From the NCBI GenBank assembly GCA_903912275.1, contig CAIWGR010000068.1, positions 1 to 25,000 of the forward strand: a stretch of DNA of 25,000 bases, given 5' to 3'. This document shows positions 22,741 to 25,000 of this stretch, in pieces (positions within the stretch are counted from its first letter, which is position 1; the number at the start of each line of letters is the position of its first letter). A program made the translations under genes and the position numbers. The notes beneath the pieces are model-generated. The model had not been told where the DNA came from. It did not search any database and was given only the letters and a program-made list of their open reading frames with translations. This stretch comes from an uncultured delta proteobacterium (GTDB lineage Bacteria; Myxococcota_A; Bradymonadia; REDH01).

Positions 22741-24273
22741 ATGAAGTTGTCTCGCCGCGCGCTCATCTGGTTCTTCTGTGCGCTCATGGGCGCCCTGACC
22801 GTCTCGGCCGTTGGCTACGCCACCAGCGTTGAAGGCTCTGGTTCGGGCGCCGCTGCGGCCGCTCCTGCCGCCGATGCCGCCGCGAAGGCCGACGCCGCTG
22901 CGCCCGCTGCGCCCGCCGCTGCGACGCACGCCCCCTTCAAGCAGACCAGCCTCGCCGACATGAAGGCCCACGGCGCGAAGACCACCCTCGCGCAGCGGCT
23001 CCAGTCCTTCGTCGGCGTCTTCGGCCTGCTCGCCATCGCCTACCTGCTCTCCAATAACCGCAAGGCCATCCAGTGGCGCATGGTCGGATGGGGCATGGCG
23101 CTGCAGCTCTCCTTTGCCGGCCTCGTCCTCGCCACGGCGCCGGGCAAGTGGTTCTTCTCCAAGATGAACGACATGATCATGGCCCTCCTCGGGTTCACGG
23201 ATCAGGGCGCGAGCTTCGTCTTCGGAAATCTGACGAAGTCTGCTGTACCAGTGGCAGGCGACGGGATCGCGGCCGGTACCGTGGCACAGACCGGCGCCTT
23301 CATCGCCTTCTCCGTCCTGCCGACCATCATCTTTTTCTCGGCCCTTATGACCGTGCTCTATCACATGGGCGTGATGCAGAAGGTGGTCGATATCTTCAGC
23401 AAGGTCATGCAGCGCACCATGAAGACCTCCGGCTCCGAGACCCTCGCAGCCGCCGCCAACATCTTCCTCGGCCAGACCGAGGCCCCCCTCTGCGTGAAGC
23501 CCTACGTTGCCACGATGACCAACTCGGAGCTGATGGCCATCATGGTCGGCGGCTTCGCCAACACGGCTGGCGGCGTGCTCGCCGCCTATGTCGGCATGCT
23601 CAAGGGCTACTTCCCCGACATCGCCGGTCACCTCATCTCCGTCAGCGTGATGAGCGCCCCCGCCTCGCTCGTCATCGCCAAGATGATGTTCCCCGAGACC
23701 GAAGCTTCGCAGACCGGCGGCACGCTCACCATGAAGGTCGAGAAGATCGACGCCAACATCATCGATGCGGCCGCCCGCGGCGCGGGCGAGGGCCTCGGCC
23801 TTGCTCTCAACGTAGGCGCCATGCTCATCGCCTTCATCGCCCTCATCGCCTTGGTGAATGCGGGTGTCGGATCTTTCGCCGGCCTCTTCGGCCACGGCAA
23901 TCTCAACCTGCAGACCATCTTCGGCTACCTCTTCTGGCCCATCTCCTGGCTCATGGGCATCGAGCCGGCCGACTGCGCCAAGGCGGGCGAGCTCCTCGGC
24001 ACCAAGACGGTCCTCAACGAGTTTGTGGCCTACCTCGACCTGAGCAAGATTCTGCAGACCAACCCGGACCTGATCACCGATCGCACCAAGATCATCGTCA
24101 CCTACGCCCTCTGCGGCTTTGCGAACTTCAGCTCCATCGCCATCCAGATTGGCGGCATCGCCGGTCTTGCGCCGGAGCGCCGCGGCGACCTCGCCCGTCT
24201 GGGCCTCAAGGCCATGGTCGGCGGCAGCATTGCCACCTTCGTCTGCGCCGCCATCGCCGGCCTGCTCATCTGA
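22741..24273 (+). CDS. nupC: Concentrative nucleoside transporter (NupC/CNT family) with N-terminal extension
   Basis: Motifs LLSNNRKAIQW, VLPTIIFFSAL, ANIFLGQTE, VMSAPAS, KTVLNEFVAY and YALCGFANFSSIAIQIG. GGGAG lies upstream of the ATG. Confidence 0.93.
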   Translation: MKLSRRALIWFFCALMGALTVSAVGYATSVEGSGSGAAAAAPAADAAAKADAAAPAAPAAATHAPFKQTSLADMKAHGAKTTLAQRLQSFVGVFGLLAIAYLLSNNRKAIQWRMVGWGMALQLSFAGLVLATAPGKWFFSKMNDMIMALLGFTDQGASFVFGNLTKSAVPVAGDGIAAGTVAQTGAFIAFSVLPTIIFFSALMTVLYHMGVMQKVVDIFSKVMQRTMKTSGSETLAAAANIFLGQTEAPLCVKPYVATMTNSELMAIMVGGFANTAGGVLAAYVGMLKGYFPDIAGHLISVSVMSAPASLVIAKMMFPETEASQTGGTLTMKVEKIDANIIDAAARGAGEGLGLALNVGAMLIAFIALIALVNAGVGSFAGLFGHGNLNLQTIFGYLFWPISWLMGIEPADCAKAGELLGTKTVLNEFVAYLDLSKILQTNPDLITDRTKIIVTYALCGFANFSSIAIQIGGIAGLAPERRGDLARLGLKAMVGGSIATFVCAAIAGLLI

Positions 24274-24709
24274 TCGCTGCGCGCGCTGCTGGGCTCGGTA
24301 GAGCGCAGCCGCTCACCGGTGAGACCGCCTCCCGGGCGCCTGCGCCGCGCGTCGCTTCTCCGCCGCAGCGCCTGCGCGCAAGGCTCGGGTGAGGCGCGCG
24401 GCTTCTGCTCCCTTTGGGCCGCATTGGGTCGTCGCCCGCGTCGGCCTGCGCGCGGATGTCGCGCGACCCTTCGCTTGGCACGCGCGCTGGCGTTCGGGCC
24501 GGCGCACGGAGGGGCAAGAGGCGTGGGTCCGACCCCTCTTGAGCCGGTGCGCGGCACCCCGCTCTTCTGTACCGGTCCGCGCCTGACTCGTTCCGCGCTA
24601 TCATCGGCAGGTCTCCACCGCGCCTGGAAGCAGCGTGGGTCGCAGGGCGGGAGGGCGAGCAGCGCCGCCGCCGCCCTGGCTTCGTTGTGCTGTTGCGGAA
24701 CGGAGGAGC

Positions 24710-24742
24710 AAAAACGAGAAGAGGATGGCTTGCGCCATCCTC
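24710..24742 (-). terminator. Rho-independent terminator of the truncated minus-strand gene
   Basis: The minus strand reads GAGGATGGC-GCAA-GCCATCCTC-TTCTCGTTTTT: a perfect 9-bp stem with a GNRA loop and a U-rich tail, ~57 nt after the stop at 24800. Confidence 0.8.
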
Positions 24743-24799
24743 CGCTCAAACAGTGACTGCTAGGTCAACAGTGCTGCAGGCAGGCCCGCAGCAATCTGC

Positions 24800-25000
24800 T
24801 TACCACTCGCCGCCGCCGCCTTCATCGCCGCCACGACCGCCGCGACCGGAGTCACGACCGCCACGGCCACCGTCACGACCGCCGTCACGACCGCCGAAGC
24901 CGCCGCCGTCACGACCGCCACGACCGCCATCACGACCGCCGCCGCCGCCGAAGCCGCCGCCACCGCCGCCGAAGCCGCCGCCACCACCGCCGAAGCCACC
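24800..25000 (-). CDS. C-terminal Gly/Arg/Asp-rich (RGG) tail of a gene starting beyond the right edge; RNA-binding protein suspected
   Basis: The frame from 25000 reads GGFGGGGGGFGGGGGGFGGGGGRDGGRGGRDGGGFGGRDGGRDGGRGGRDSGRGGRGGDEGGGGEW*, with TAA at 24802-24800 and a terminator downstream. The ORF track reported a different frame. Confidence 0.75.
   Translation of the reverse strand, partial: GGFGGGGGGFGGGGGGFGGGGGRDGGRGGRDGGGFGGRDGGRDGGRGGRDSGRGGRGGDEGGGGEW

Noticed and set aside
24285-24309. tRNA D-arm-like GCTCGGTAGAGC
   Set aside because: No acceptor stem, anticodon arm or TTCGA T-loop at the required spacing.
24760-24999. ORF-track 79-aa Ala/Val-rich protein
   Set aside because: Wrong frame. 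The Gly/Arg frame uses GGC/GGT/CGT codons, ends at TAA 24800 and is followed by a terminator.

Overview
High-GC bacterial chromosome segment, probably Myxococcota/Bradymonadia-like. The taxonomic call is inferred from the RpoD 'DPVRMYLRKM' region 1.2, the Cys-rich repeat lipoproteins and an AgmX/PglI-like protein. The minus-strand left arm runs MMPL/RND exporter, CpcT/CpeT-like lipoprotein, dnaG, a membrane pseudokinase-FGE/CLec receptor, then rpoD. rpoD runs off the window edge and was missed by the ORF track. The middle holds a PLP trans-sulfuration enzyme, a DUF547 protein, a ComEA-like protein and adk. A ~10.5 kb surface-protein block follows: three Cys-rich, probably Ca2+-binding repeat lipoproteins, a small Ig-like lipoprotein, MscS and a poly-proline protein with several AgmX/PglI-C-like domains. 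The right end has a NupC-type nucleoside transporter with an N-terminal extension, a terminator and the Gly/RGG tail of a truncated gene. I found no tRNA, rRNA, CRISPR array, transposase or integrase. The best leads are: a fully degenerate pseudokinase receptor sitting between dnaG and rpoD next to a 36-bp duplication of the dnaG 3' end; an MMPL plus lipid-anchored bilin-lyase-fold gene pair; SSB-tail-like repeats inside DnaG; and the lipoprotein cluster with teneurin C-rich-like repeats and D(S/T)-dense stalks. All family calls come from motif recognition and recall, not from database searches.
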